NCBI RefSeq assembly: GCF_006345805.1
Contig: NC_043006.1
Span: 47,368,001 to 47,432,000, forward strand
Direction of reading: 5' to 3'
Length of the DNA: 64,000 nucleotides
From: Octopus sinensis
Lineage: Eukaryota
The notes under the pieces were generated by a model, which was given only the letters and a program-made list of their open reading frames with translations, searched no databases and had not been told where the DNA came from. A program made the position numbers and the translations under genes. Positions 25,730-40,730 of the stretch are shown here, one piece after another. The number at the start of each line of letters is the position of its first letter. The stretch's first letter is position 1.

Positions 25730-26933
25730 GGAGATAGAGAAAATGTGACAGAGAGGGAGAGAGACGTGCATACTTTTGAATAGTGAAAAAAGATATGCTA
25801 GTGTGCAGACGAAATTATTGATATAAGAATTTTTCGAACGAACGAACTCAAACACAAAATACATATAGCTAGACTTCAGAATTTCAGAGTTAAAGGAACC
25901 AATAACAGTCAAGATAAACGATCATAGCAATCGCTGGAATCGCTGGTTCCATAATTCCACTAGTATTGTTAACGATATGTCGCCATTGTTATTGTTAATT
26001 GGGAGAATGTGCCCGAGAAAGCATGAAATGAGTAATTAATAGTACTTGTTATTTGAACAATATCCATGTTGTAATCTAAATACTGTGGACACCGCCTTCT
26101 AGTTTTTATATTTTCGCCATGTTATTACGTTTATTACTACACATGTTTTATTATGGTTTCGTTTTTTTTTTAAGGCTGTGTTTATAAGGCAAATGTTTAG
26201 AGATAACGGAAAGAGTACAACCACGAATATAAGCAGCCGAAATGCGGTTTCCTCCTGCTTCTCCATATTAAGAGATTACATACGGCTCCAGTTTTAAGGG
26301 ATATGTGATGATAAAAATGTTGCGAGAAAGAATCGGAACACGTATTTTTGATGCCGAGCTAACCGACAGGGGATCTAGGGTTCGACTAAGAACAAGGGAG
26401 TTGGACAATAAGATCGTCTAACACGATTACGCTTGCGAATCGGGCTGGAAAATGCAATGCCAGTTACTTGTGATAGGACACTGTGATGAAGGTTTACGAG
26501 AAAACGATTACCACTACCATTCCAGAAATAGCGGTCAGAAAAGATGGACTGATGCATGGTATATTGTTAAAATTAATAAAAAGTTATCATCTACTTTAGG
26601 GTCGTTTCTTTCTACATGTTTCCTATCAATCATTCCATAAAATATTTCGTTTTTGGCCTTGGTTTGCAAGATTCTTTATATGAGTCCGGGTGTTGAAGCA
26701 TATTTCTTTTTGTGCCTTATAATTTAACACACTCACCGGTAAAATTTCCACTTATTTCTTATTTTTATTTTCCTAAAATTTTCGTTGCGTCTCATAACCT
26801 TTTCAATAGTCAATGTTGTTACTGCAATAAAGTAGTGTATCAGTATCATAGACTGGTAGACATGCTTCCGGTCATTTAGAAAATATGAAATAGTTATTCA
26901 AATATGCTTATAAATATGTGTCTCACATTTATA

Positions 26934-26934
<1 letters not shown>

Positions 26935-26983
<49 letters not shown>

Positions 26984-27155
26984 GTAGTAGTAGTAGTAGT
27001 AGTAGAAGAAGAAGAAGAACAAAAGAAAGAAAAGAAAGAAGAGAAAGAAGAAGAGAAAGAAGAGGATGATGATGAGGATGATGGTGATGACGATGATGAT
27101 GATGATGATTATGGTGGTGTTAGTGGTGGTGGTGGTGGTGATGATGATGATGACG
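26935..27155. repeat. Compound trinucleotide tract (CTA)n(TAG)n(GAA)n(GAT)n(GGT)n(GAT)n
   Basis: Direct inspection; explains the poly-L/V/E/D pseudo-ORF 26918-27253. Confidence 0.95.
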
Positions 27156-27900
27156 AACAGGACAAAGGAAGTTCTAGTGATGCTAAAAGGGGATTGAAGT
27201 TTTCTCATCTTCAGTACATGCACAGACATTTAATCATAACACATGTGAAGTGAATTACCGTAACATATTGAATTAGGCTATTCCTTAAGATGTACGCATG
27301 TGGCCTGTATGTAGGAATAAATAAATAAATAAATAAATATGGAGACGATGCAAAAAAAAAAGAAGGACAAAACATCCCACGGGGAATATAAAATGTTTAT
27401 GTCTGTAGGCTTGACAAATTCTCCACATATTAAATATATTCTTCTTAATAAATTTGTTTAAAGTATTCGTTGCTAAATTATCTCCGATCGTATATACGCA
27501 TATTTTCCAAATTAAGTTCTTTGTATTATAATACTAACCCTCTTTGTTTTCCTTATTTTCACTGTATCTGTATATAATGTGTGCATGTGTGTAGTTATTC
27601 ACGTATGCAACCGCAGATGTATAACTGTTTGTAATACATATTAGCATCACAGCCCCTTCTTATAGAGATAAAAGGAAGTGTAACACTCTAATGTACTCTT
27701 TATGTATCTGCTCCCATTTCAATCCCTTCTCACGAAGAAAAGGAAGCTGCTTATGCTGCAAAGTTACGTAATAGATCCAACTACAAGATCAGTGAAAAAA
27801 ATGTTTCGTTGTCAAGAACATTATAACTGAGAGTAAAGAAAAACAAAAAACAAACAGAAATAATAAATTAAAGCTACAGTTCCTGATCATGACAGTAAAT

Positions 27901-28065
27901 AGGCGCGGGCTTGGCTGTGTGGTAAGAAGTTCGCTTCCTGACCACATGGCTCCGAGTTCAGTCCCACTGCCTGGCAATTTTGGGTAAGTGTCTTCTACTC
28001 TAACCTCGGACCGACCAAAGCCTTGTGAGTTCATTCAGGAAAAGGAAACCTAAAAGAATCCGGTC

Positions 28066-28127
<62 letters not shown>

Positions 28128-28129
28128 GT

Positions 28130-28180
<51 letters not shown>

Positions 28181-28505
28181 ATATATATATATGTATATGT
28201 ATGTATATATATATATTTATATGTATGTATATATGTTATATATATATATATATACATATGCATGTGTATGTGTTTGTCTGTATCTTTGTGTTTGTGTTGA
28301 TAGCCCACCACCGATCGACAACCGTTGTTTTTGTGTGTACATCTCCGTAACTTAACGGTTCCGGAAAACAGCCCGATGTAATAAGTAGCAGGTTTAAGGA
28401 AAAGAGAGGGAGAAAAAATACTGGAGTCGATTAGTTCGACTAAAATCCCGCAAGGCAGTGTTTCAGCATGACCTCAGTCTGATGATTGAAACAAGTAAAA
28501 GATAA
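27901..28505 (+). mobile_element. SINE family B, full length with an expanded (~190 bp) internal TA tract
   Basis: Head ggctgtgtggtaagaagttcgc; tail ggcagtgtttcagcatgacctcagtctgatgattgaaacaagtaaaag. Confidence 0.88.
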
Positions 28506-29639
28506 TAGATAAGCGGAAATCTGAATAGGCAGCAATATCGTAGATCTGAGACGAGAGATTCCTACGTACATCGCAAAACATCAAACCAAATCTCCATTGT
28601 GATTATAAATGCATATTCAGCATAAATACAAATGCTTAAATATCAATAATGAAAATCAACTAAATAGATATAACAACTGTGCCAATGTACTTCGAGAAAC
28701 CTTTCACCAAGTTCTTCGACTCCTTTCGGAGAACAATGTACTTCAGGGGTTCATATGAATTTCACTGTTTATTTTGTTGATGTGGTTGTTTATGATTCTG
28801 TTCTTATCGCTGCAGTTTTGTTGCTCTTGTTGTTGTTTTTCTTGTTGCCTGTTATTCGACTGCTTTCGTTATGTCCTTTCATGCTTTACTGTTTTGGATG
28901 TTGCAATACTTTCCGTTGCTCTCCATTTTCGTTTGATGCTGGACATGTATATTCGGATACTTCGTTTTGGCTCTTCTTTGCGTTGCGGCTGCCAAAACGT
29001 TTGGCATTATGGGTCAGTTAGTTTGAAACTGTTAGCCGTGATATTTTTTATCTAAATAATCGTTCTCATCTAAAAGATATTCTAAAAACGCTCCTTTGAT
29101 ACACGTTAAGCAGGCATAGAAGAGACGTCCATTCAATGAAACACAATAACAGGGATCTAGGAATGAAATCACATACTTGGAAATTGTTGGTTCTTATATC
29201 ATCGCTACTGAAACCAAGTTTACGAGAGAAAATAGATCATAAACGAAACGCTGTAAACATAACTATATGATGTGTGTATTCTTCCATTACATATATATCG
29301 AACTAAATGAATGATATAAAAATAACTCTTAAAATTAATTATGTATGAATTAATCAAGTGTATGCTGTTAGTTTCGGATGGCGCAATGAATAAATTTTGT
29401 GTAAAATGTTAAGTACGATAACTTTACACCATATGCATGGATAAATTTGAAAAAAATATCATAATTCAAAAACCCGGACTTAATGATGGAAAAAATTTAA
29501 AATAAATAGCGTTCATATCTCATTCCAAAAAAAGTTAATTATGTATCCAATATAAAAGAAAAAAATAATAATCAATATAAGTAGACAAAACACAGACTTA
29601 CTAATACTTAAGAATTAATGAATTGGATAGTGTAAAACA

Positions 29640-30330
29640 CATACGAACAGATAAAAGATGCTGAGAGAATATTTTAAAGCAATTAGATTTTTTCATATAC
29701 AAGGAAATGCGAGGTAATGTGAAATAGATTGTAATTATATCACAACCAATATATAAATCTATGTATGCTTCTAAACAAATGGGTCAGTATTATTTTAGGA
29801 AGTGGACATTAAACTAATATTATTAAACTAAATACTGATACTTAAAGTGAGAAGAAAAGTACCCATTCAAATATGTAGGATGAACATGATAAGAAAATAT
29901 AATCTGAAATTGAGAAAATTTGGAAAAAGTGTTTCGAACTAACTTAACAGTCTAATATTTAAAATTGGACTCAGTTCTAGATATAAATCCACAAGTATAA
30001 ATATATTAGACATTTCAGTTGTAGAATATAACATGTATAAAATGTGTTGCTAATTATGTGAATGGATACTCTTAAACAGGGAATCTAGCAAAGTAACAGC
30101 GTTCTGTAACCACCGTCGAGCAGCCGATATAAAATTGATGCAACTCCCAAAGTTTACTTGAAGCAAATAGAAGACTCATATAAAGCAAGCGTAGTGTATC
30201 TAGAAAAATAATTAGAATCATGCAAATGGAAACTAATTAGCGAATTAAAGAGACATGAAAAAAATCAAAAAAATCTGTATCTCTAAGGAGACTGCACAAA
30301 ATTAACCAGAAGTTAATTACACGACTAAGA
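29640..30330 (+). pseudogene. Heavily decayed R4/Dong-like RT thumb-region fragment
   Basis: Pieces FKYVG, EKIWKK, NHRRAADI, YLKQIEDSYKASVVYLEK*LE..KWKLISELKRHEKNQKNLY; many stops and frameshifts. Confidence 0.55.
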
Positions 30331-30538
30331 ATAAAGAAGAGAAAAACAAAAAGAGAGAAAAAAACGATGTAGGAGACTTGGAATTGCATATAATTTGTGA
30401 AAGCAAAAATCCAGTGACAAATATTTATATCGAATATCCTCAAGTAAGACAGTGTGCAAAGCTAAAATAATTCTAAGCTATGGAGTAAAAGAAAGAGCAG
30501 CTTTGAATTTAGTATCACAACGAGTGATAAGTTGTTAA

Positions 30539-30922
30539 GGCGACGAGCTGGCAGAAACGTTAGTACCCCGGGCGAAATGCGTAGCAGTAGTTCGTCTGTT
30601 GTTACGTTCTGAGTTCAAATTCAGCCGAGGTCGACTTTGCTTTTCATCCTTTCCGGGTCGATTAACTAAGTACCAGTTACGCAATGGGATCGATATTATC
30701 GACTTAACCCGTTTGTCTGTCCTTGATTGTCCCCTGTGGGTAGTAAAAAATAGGTATTTGGTCTGTCGTTACGTTCTGAGTTCAAATTCCCCCGAGGTCG
30801 ACTCTGCCTTTCATCTTTTTGGGGTCGATAAATAAAGTACCAGTTTCGCACTGGGGTCGATGTAATCGACTTAATTCCTTTGTCTGGCCTCTATGTTTAG
30901 CCCCTTGTGAGCAATAAAGAAA
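30539..30922 (+). mobile_element. SINE family A, dimer
   Basis: ggcgacgagctggcagaaacgttag head, two Nin-like units, aaaaataggtattt junction. Confidence 0.9.
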
Positions 30923-30936
30923 TATATATGAAATGT

Positions 30937-31225
30937 AAGTGGTTAGAGCAGCGGACACGCGGTCGGAGTATCGCGGTTTCGATTCCCAGACCAAATGTTG
31001 TGTGTGTTTATTGAGCGAAAACGCCTAAAAGCTCCAGGAGGTTCCGGCAGGGAGTGGTAGCGACCCCTGTTGTACTCTTTTGCCACAACTTTCTCTCACT
31101 CTCTATTCCTGTTTCTTGAGTAACGCTGCGATGGACTGGCGTCCTATCCAGCTGGGGGGGACATATACGCCACAGAAACCGGGAAACCGGACCCATGAGC
31201 TTGGCTAAGCTTGAAAAGGGCGACG
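30937..31225 (+). mobile_element. SINE family C, near full length (V-domain-like 3' part)
   Basis: gtggttagagcagcggacacgcggtc... then gctgcgatggactggcgtcctatccagc...gaaaccgggaaaccgg. Confidence 0.85.
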
Positions 31226-32418
31226 ATTATCATTTTTTATATGAGATATAAACAAAATAGTGAAGCCTAGGATTAACAACAAATGAAGACAATGCTTTCA
31301 ATGCAGGGAATCTATTTACTAATACATATTTGTCAGTCCAGTTTTTTTTCTGTTTAATTTCAGTCAAAATAAATGCATAGTCTCGACTGATTCAGATGAA
31401 ATATTGGTACATTGAGGTGAAGGAGAAAAAACGACATACACGTGAGTAGAAGACGATATAGAAGTAAAATATGGCTACAATACCGTTGGATATCTTCACC
31501 CAGATTCGTAAGATTAAAGGAAACGGACCACATATAACCAGAAAACGCCAGAACGTGAACAGTTTTCCCCTGATAGGAATGTCGTTTCTTTCACGACAAA
31601 GCATCGAACAATTTTCAAAATATAAGGATTTTGTCATATAAATAATGTTTATATAAAGGAGGATAATAAAAATATTTCCAATAATAATTCAACTCCGAGT
31701 TATTAGAAGGAAACGTACCACAGAAATACCATATCAAGGCTTACAATTCTATAAATGCTCCAATATATGGTCCTGCAAAACTTGTCTCGTGTTACGCGGG
31801 AAAAGTTCAGTCAAATAGTGCAATCTGCTTGACATAATCTACACTATACAGCTATCAGGAAATAAATGAGATGGCAGTGCCGGAATACATTTTAAACATA
31901 TATCTTCTCGATGAGGTCTGAGCGAGGGTTAAATGGCAGCAATCACCTTTCAGATAACTGAGAAAATGTTTAACTTCGTGTTTCAAATCAATATTTGTAA
32001 ATAATGTTTTCTAAATTAGAAATAGCAACGCACTTTTGAAGCTAGTAACATAACTGTGACACCTTTGAAGTTGGTGACTTAATTGAAAGAATTTTATTGA
32101 TTTTAACGGCAACGAAATAATGAAAGGCAATGTTGACTATAGTGTGATTTGAATTCTATTGAAGCATGTACAAATCACACAGTCAAAGATGATGAATTTG
32201 TACACGGAATATAAAGGAAGGTAACGAAATATCGTAAGAAAATCTACCAAATGTACTAATCCTACACCCGATATTTTCTATAATCAGACCTGCACATGAA
32301 CACTGAACAGTATACATAAAACACGTGGAAATATTTGCTTCGTAGTTACGTGTTGTTTTCGCAGTACCAATACACAACTGCGTAAATTTTACATTGAAGT
32401 ACCCAATGTATATACTGG

Positions 32419-32798
32419 TTTACTTGTTTCAGTCAGTTGACTACGGCCATGCTGGAGCACCGCCTTTATTCGAGCCGATCGACTCCAGGACTTTGAAAGC
32501 CTAGTACGTATTCTATCGGTTTCTTTTGCCAAATCGCTATGTTACGGGGACGTAAACACACCAGCAAGCGATGTTGGGGGGATAAACACAGACACACAAA
32601 CACATATATATATATATATACACATACATATATGCGACGAACTTGTTTCCGTTTCCGTCCACCAAATTCACTCACAAGGCTTCGGTCGGCCCGAGGTTAT
32701 AGTAGGAGACACCTTGCCGAAGGTGCCACGCACTGGGACTGAACCCAGAACCTTGTGGCTGAGAAGCAAGCTTCTTACCACACAGCCACTCCTGCGCC
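32419..32798 (-). mobile_element. SINE family B, full length
   Basis: Reverse-complement head and tail conserved. Confidence 0.9.
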
Positions 32799-33600
32799 CA
32801 TAGTGAATTATTTTGCAGAAAGGAGAAATATAGTACCATGTAACGATAAACAGAAGTTTTCTCATATAAAACAAAAATTCTTGCTATGTAGACAAGAACA
32901 TTTGTTCAAAATTAGGGTTTCGAATTTTTCTTTATGACAAATCAATTTTCTGTAAACTTATTTTAAAATATCTTCTAGATAAATTTTTGGCCGACACAGA
33001 CATATTATATTATATTGTAGTATACTAGTGGGAGGCGTGGAAATTGCACAGAATGAAAAAGTCTAAGAGAAGGTTAGTATGCATTTTTATTTTTATTTTG
33101 CTAAGTTATTTCACTTCTCAGCCACAATAAGGTATGATTTTAAAATTTCCCGCTGCTAAGCATTTTATCATTTCTCTCATTTCCTCCGTCACTTTTTTAA
33201 TCATGTAATCCCCTTTTCATGTCTTTAACACGTCTCACCTCCGCTAACCATATGAATGACAGCATAATGCATCGGTTGGTTATCTCCTCTCTCACTAAGT
33301 CTCACATTCCCTCTTCCTGTCTCACGGTCCAACTCCTCCTTTCTAATAAACCAAAGCGTAAAGAGCGAACGAAGAGGTAGAAGAATATTATAGATTTAGA
33401 TGAATAAAATATACTTTTCACTATCAACACACCACCACTACCACCACCACCACCATATACTTTTCCTTGCTGTCGATATATCTCTACTCTGACAATACAA
33501 ACACTTTCTGCCTCTCTCTTTCTCTCTCTTTTAATATAACTGCCTCCCCTGTACATATATATATATCTATCTGCCTTTCTTTAACCTCACCTTCAGAACA

Positions 33601-33760
33601 TGCAGGCATGGCTGTGTAGCAAGAAGCTTGCTTCACAACCACATGGCTCTGCATTCAGTCCCACTGCGTAACGCCTTAGGCAAGTGTCTTCAACAATATC
33701 TTCGAACCGATCAAAGCGTTGTTATGGGGGAGTGAGTATTTGGGTGTGGTGGGATGCCAT
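33601..33760 (+). mobile_element. SINE family B head fragment
   Basis: gcaggcatggctgtgtagcaagaagcttgc...cagtcccactgcg...ggcaagtgtcttc. Confidence 0.75.
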
Positions 33761-33870
33761 AGTGTCTGTGTTTGTGCCCTTACCACAAATACAGACACAC
33801 ATATATATATATTATTTATATTATTATTCAATTGAATGTCATGCATCCATTTCCAAGTAAGTATATATAT

Positions 33871-33906
<36 letters not shown>

Positions 33907-34189
33907 GATAGATAGATAGATAGATATGTGTGTGTGTGTGTGTGTATATGTATATATATATAGTTATCCGTAATAATGAAGGGTGAAATTAATTAATTGG
34001 AATAATTATCAATTACACCAAGTAGTCTTCGGCATGTAAAAGCTTCATTCGAGGAAAATTTAGTAATACTAAGCAATAAAGGGTTTAGCAACGAATTGCC
34101 TTACCACATACCGAATTTAGAAATAGCAGTCAAAGAGTTATAGCTATTTCTTCTACTAAAAAGGGAGATCTCAGTAAAGACAGCAATTT

Positions 34190-34246
<57 letters not shown>

Positions 34247-34334
34247 TCTATTTCTATTCCTGAGCGTCATACTAATACATTTGTTTGTACTCCACCTGCC
34301 TTTGTCTTTTGTTTATTTTCGCAAACCTTCCCGT

Positions 34335-34364
<30 letters not shown>

Positions 34365-34370
<6 letters not shown>

Positions 34371-34492
34371 GCTTCTTATAGTTTCCTTCTTCCGCGGCTA
34401 TAGTAGAAGACGACCAAGGTGCCAGGCAGTGGGACTGAACTCGGAAACATGTTATTGGAAAGCAAGATACTTGACACACAGCTACTCCTGCA
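34365..34492 (-). mobile_element. SINE family B head fragment
   Basis: gggcttctt...ctatagtagaagac...cagtgggactgaac...acacagctactcctgc. Confidence 0.75.
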
Positions 34493-37400
34493 TGTACCTA
34501 TATATTGAGAGAGAGAAGGAGAAGAACTAACATATTTGTTTAAATAGGCCTTATATGTGCTTACCCACTATCATTACTGTATTATATCTGCGCATTTCAA
34601 TCAAAACGTGTATATTTTTATGCAACTCAGCGTTCCTTATTTTGTCTTAGATTGATTAATTGCTACGAAAACATATACTTATCCCACTGAACCTCATTAA
34701 TGAATATCGATGTGAAAATTTTATCAAATAATAAAAAACTTGTAGCCATAGATCCTACAAAAAATAATTAACAATCCTCTGAGAGGAAAGTGTTTTCCTT
34801 TAGACTTTTACTTTAGAATCTTACCATAATTTGCCAACACTAGCAGTGGTATTCCCGGATGTAGGACACAAAAACTAATTAGGTAAATGTAATTGGCATA
34901 ATTAATATTCAATAATTAATATTCTCTAATATTCTCTAGAATTTAATTTCTGCAACTGTTCGACATATGTTCATTTCGATTCAATTTATAAAGAAAGGCA
35001 TGACATCCTACCTATACTACAACATATACACACAGTCACATACACAGACACGCATATATATATATACATACATGCATAGGTATATACACATAGATATGTA
35101 TACATACATATAATTATGTATATCTATATATATATATACGTTTATATATATATATATGTATATATGTACATATATATATTTACATATACATATATATATG
35201 TGTGTGTTTATGTGTGTGTGTATATATATATACTATATATTTATACATATATATATATAAGTACATATATATACATGTATATATATATGCGTGTGTATGT
35301 ATATGTGTGTATGCATGTAAATGTGTGTTGATACATGTTTGCTCACACGTATTGAGATATAGATACGTAACTTTACTTTTTATTTTGCATGAAAATTAAT
35401 ATATTCAACGTTCTTAAGTGGAATAAGCCACTGTGTTTTCTTGAAGCTGATATAAATTCGAACTAAAGCCAAAAACCAAAAAAATATTGTTACTAAAGGA
35501 CAAATCTTATAAAATTCGGAAACTTCCATCTCATTTGAGGAAATAATATTATATGGCTGTCATTTCATGTTTGAAACCGATCTAAAATTTGAATAAAATA
35601 GAAAATACATTCCTTTTGTATTGCAATAAAATGCAAACATCTGTTTCAGAAAAAAATGCCCGGAAAACTATGTCTAAAAAAGAGAAATCCTGGAAATCTT
35701 GATTACTTATGACATAACGCATACCATTAGGCAATCTCGTTCATCAGGACTCGTCTTACGTAGGAATCAGGAAATGAGAAGCCTAGAGCAGGAGAAATAG
35801 TTCAACCTTTTTGACTGTCAGTATATGATATGTTGTGAATTCTTCGCTTACAGCTCTGATTGGCAATCCAGCAATTTGGTTCCCATGGTTCTGATATCCA
35901 GTTGTTTGTACATTTATAATGTTCAATTAATCCTTTTTAGAGAGATGAATTAATTTGACGCATCGCATTAATTAACATATTTTAAATTTCCTCAAAGCAT
36001 TTTTGCTTTAGTCTTGAAGTTTTAATTTATTAAATAATACAAGAACATCAGCTCAGGGATGATTTTCAAACACCGTTAAATCTAGCAATGCAACTGAGTG
36101 GTAAACATTATGACACAGAATGTGAATTCCTGCTTTACGTCTGAAACGTTTTCAAAAGTATAAACATGCAGTGGAAAATAAGTTCGAAGAATATTAAACT
36201 TCCTGCATCACAGTCAATTATATCAAAATATAGTGACAGGTACCCCGAGCAATAATCAGGATATTTTGTGTATTTTCATTAATTGCCAACACATTTGATG
36301 AAGTAGCGTTTTTCTCTCTTACTAACATGTCAAGAAGAACCTAGATCTCTTGGATAAGATAATAATTTCCCGTAACATTTTCTCGAACATCGTAATTGTA
36401 CTTATACTCGAAGCTAGGAAATATCCATCTCTTTCAGCACACTGACAATCTTTGTAACGCACGGTACATACATATATACTCACATATGCACATATGTATA
36501 AATATGCATATACAATTCACACACACACAGGCACGCGTCTATATCTGTATGTAAAAATATGTATAAACATATGTATATATATACATAAACACATACACAC
36601 ATCCTGTGCCGGAGTTTTTCCATTTGTCCTTAAAGCGATTTCAGCGATGTAAAATTTAGAGATTTTAAAATAGGAAGATATTTACATTCAGCTTGCAGGG
36701 TCTCATCATAAACTTTCCATTAATATAGAATTAATATTCTAGTTAAATTAATGAAACATAAATTAATAACCTTAATAAATCACTTGGTGGCATAAATGTA
36801 GTAATTAGCGTTTTGTTCAATACGCATTAATTATCAAAATTTACCTTATGTTCAATACGTATTAATTATTTATATATCAGAAATATATGTTGGGTTTAGC
36901 AAGGAGTTGCAGTATTGGAATTCATTAACAGAATACATTTTTTCTCTCCTCATAATGAATTTATTGCTATCATTTCCTCTCTACCTGATCTCTGTCACTC
37001 CCTCTTTATTCCTCTCACTCTGCCATCCTCAATATCATTCATTTTCCATATTCTTCGCATTCATGGATGGAAAAAATTATTTTGTGATTAAAAATATTTC
37101 TTGTAAATGCTACGATTGGTCTATGATCCAATGGCGTGGTATGTACTATTGAAAGATTGAATAACATCTGAGAGTTCTCTGTGACGTTTCTGAGAGAGAT
37201 GGTCTGTAAAAGCCAGAGTATATGGTACTCTAAACTCGTTGAACACTACACATGATTGATTCCCTTTTGTTGTCAGCAGCGAGCCCAAGTCTCTTCCATA
37301 AACTATCTTTTCTAGCTCCTCCTATGTCCTATCGTTGATCATTTATATTTTACACACTTCAGTCATTGCACTGCGGTCATCACGGGACACTACATTAAAG

Positions 37401-37852
37401 GCTTTCTAAAGAAAATTTAGCTGAATACTTATTTTAAATAGTGGTACACGTTGTTTTTGTGTAGGCCCCCATTAAATTCATGGGGCGAAAGCACAAAACA
37501 ATACCGGTTGATGAGTAATGGAGAACACACAAAAATACGAAGATGGATATAGATATATGCACATATATGTGTGCGCGTGTATGTTTGTTCTGATACATTT
37601 ATATATGAATATGTAAAAAAAACACAAATTGGGACAAGAACGCAAAACATTTAGAAGACGATACAAAAAACACGGACGGGACATTCGAAGCCTTCAATCT
37701 TCAGTCAAGAATCGGATCATCCTCGCAATTTCGGCTGATTAATCTTGACTATATATATATATATATATTATATATATAATATTATAATATATAGATATAT
37801 ATATATATATATAATATATATCTATAGATATATATATAATATATATATACAA

Positions 37853-37947
37853 ATGTTCCTTCTCGAGCCATGTCAGGCCCATAAGGGTCGGTTTCCCTGT
37901 TTCAGTGGCGTAGAAATTCCCCACCTGGACGGGACGCCGGTCCGTCA

Positions 37948-37950
<3 letters not shown>
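37853..37950 (-). mobile_element. SINE family C 3' tail fragment
   Basis: Reverse complement gacggaccggcgtcccgtccagg...gggaaaccg...ggctcgagaaggaac matches 53815-53888. Confidence 0.75.
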
Positions 37951-38022
<72 letters not shown>

Positions 38023-38125
38023 TACATACATACATACATACATACATACATACATACATACATACATACATAGATAAATGGATGGATGGATGGGTGGATG
38101 GGTGGATGGATGGATAGCTTGGATG

Positions 38126-38157
<32 letters not shown>

Positions 38158-38199
38158 CGATTTGACCAAAAATTTGCCCAGCCCTTGTATAACTTTATA

Positions 38200-38660
38200 G
38201 CAATACATGATAGAATCTGTTTAGTCATTCTTAACTGAGGTTTTGTGGTAACATAGACCATTCGAATAGGAACATGTGGATGACAGAAATGTATCGAGGT
38301 ATTGGTGGCTTATCTGGTATTCCTTCAAGAAATGTGTTCATTTATCTTTTGAAGATTATAGAATCGTTTACTTTGGTTTGTTTGGGGATGATACTAGAGT
38401 AGAGCCTGTTGAGAAGAAGAAATTATGTTGCAGTGATTTTATGTGTTTCGACTCTGAATTGCGTAATGGGAGTACGGCTCGTGACTCCATAATTGGATGA
38501 ATTCTATATTTGAATTTAAAATCATTTGTACAATGCTAGTGGCATATTCGCCACACTGTTCAAACGATGTTCACGCCGTCATTGGTGAGAATAAGTTTCG
38601 AATCTTTCAATCGGTCTCAATAACCAAGAGCAGTCATGCAAAGAACGGCACCTCATAGGC
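38200..38660 (-). pseudogene. CR1/L2-type LINE ORF2 3' fragment
   Basis: Y*DRLKDSKL/YSHQ*RRE ... SLQHNFFFSTG ... IIPKQTKVNDSIIFKR*MNTFLEGIPDKPPIP..EW, with frameshifts. Confidence 0.7.
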
Positions 38661-39350
38661 TTTTAACGAAACACATTAGCTAAAATTGGCATCAATAGAC
38701 GTGGGTCACTCCCCAGCACTTGTATAACTCCCTATTGGAGATATCCTGCCTGTGTCTACCAATACACGCACACGTACACACACAGACATACACACACACA
38801 GACGGTCACATACAAACACACACACATACATATACACACACATATATATATATAAACACAAAGAGACACAAATATGCAGAGAAATGAAAAAAAACCGAAG
38901 TGAAAAGTGTTCAAATATTTTGGAGCGTTTGTGCAGTGACAAAACCATAACACGTTTTTAAACTGAACACAAACAAGAACCCAATTTAGATTTGAATGTT
39001 AAATTTCCAGCATCATTTTCCGAGAATTACTCGAATGCATTGAATAGAGGTGCAAACGATGCTTTTAATCAATGACGTTTGCTTAACACTTCAAACGAGA
39101 AAGTAATTGCCAGCCTTTTCCCTGTAAATGTTTCTGAATACATATATACCTATGTATCACAAACTCTCACTCTCTCTCTCTTTCTTTCCCTCTCTCTCTC
39201 TTCTCTCTCTCTCTCTCTCTCCTCACACACACACCACACACAAACACACATATACATGACAATATCGATCTTTAGACACACTTTTACATATATGTGTGTG
39301 TCTTTGAACGTATTACACATTATACATTTGCATGTATATATACGGGTGTA

Positions 39351-39392
<42 letters not shown>

Positions 39393-40127
39393 TACATATA
39401 TCTGTATACATACATATGTATAGTATGTAATATGTGTATGTATGTATATATATATATATATATACATATCATGGGCATATGAATTTAGGTATGTTAAATT
39501 ATTCTGCTGCTGATAAAATTATAAATGTACACGAAACAAACATACCCACAAACACTCTTACACCATCATACGTACGCCCAAGAAACAAATCCTCCATTTT
39601 GGATACCTGACACAACATATCCCGAAAAAGTATATTCAAAACTCTTAAAATTTATATTATGTTTAAAGAATATTCATTCTTTCTGTACGAAGATACTGGT
39701 TTCATGCATTAAATACATTTGCTAAAGTAGAACTCAGCAAATAATCTTCTGCTTTATTGGTTTCCACAGTAAGTGAGTCTTTTAGTTTCTTCTCGAATGA
39801 ATGCTTCATTATGTACATATGTTTTTCTTTTTTATGTATGAATGATACATGCGACTACATGTCCGTGTCTGTCTACATCTATATGAGTTGAGATTTATTC
39901 GCAAACATAGTAGATGTACCTTTCGTGTTCATGACTTCATAAACGCATGCAAAACATATGTATATAAACAGAAGACGTATACAGATACATATATGTATAT
40001 GCTATATATAAACGTAAGTAAAAGGTATCTGTGAATGTATCTTTGTAAGTATGATAGTGTATGTATCTGTTTAGGTATACACTCACACACACATTACACA
40101 TTATATATTCATATATATATATATATT

Positions 40128-40174
<47 letters not shown>

Positions 40175-40338
40175 TATATATATATATATATAATTTTATA
40201 TATATATATTATATATATATATATATATGAATACATTACATGTATATCGGTATCTCTGTTCTCATCTGTTTGCCTGCCTCTCTCTCTCTCACTCTCACTC
40301 TCTCTCTCTCTATATATATATATACATATATATATATA

Positions 40339-40670
40339 TTCTTTTCTACTCTAGGCACGAGACCCGAAATTTTTGGGGAGGGGACCAGTCGATTATATCG
40401 ACCCCAGTGGGTAACTGGAACTTATTTAATCAATTCCGAAAGGATAAAAGACAATGTCGACCTCGGCGGAATTTGAACTCAGAACATAGCGGCAGACGAA
40501 ATACTGCTAAGCATTTCGCCCGGCGTGCAAACTTTTCTGCCAGCTTCCCGCCTTTGAAAGGATGAAAGGTAAAATCGACCTCGGCAGAATTTGAACTCAG
40601 AACGCAGCGGCGAACGAAATACCAAAAAGCATTTCGCCCGGCGTGCTAACGTTTCTGCCAGTTCGCCGTC
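40339..40670 (-). mobile_element. SINE family A with a duplicated head
   Basis: Two reverse heads (gcatttcgcccggcgtgc) and Nin-like units. Confidence 0.88.
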
Positions 40671-40698
40671 TTTCTTTGTCTGTCTGTCTGTCAGTATG

Positions 40699-40730
<32 letters not shown>

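Noticed and set aside
26770-26812. UUGAAAA guu-auga-gac GCA motif (minus), similar to the fold-back 2 variant core
   Set aside because: Stems I and III cannot be formed convincingly.
26918-27253. Poly-L/V/E/D/G ORF resembling an acidic protein
   Set aside because: Lies entirely in a compound trinucleotide microsatellite.
28479-28491. CTGATGAttGAAA hammerhead-like string
   Set aside because: Chance variant of the SINE-B tail (cagtcaaatgactgaaac); no room for stem II.
33962-34190. Possible PLE terminal piece with a gcaa-ttcg-ttgc hairpin (minus)
   Set aside because: Core nucleotides on both sides are too degenerate and no stem I or III is found.
35741-35747. CUGAUGA on the minus strand (also + strand at 53063-53069)
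   Set aside because: No stem II followed by GAAA and no stem I partner.
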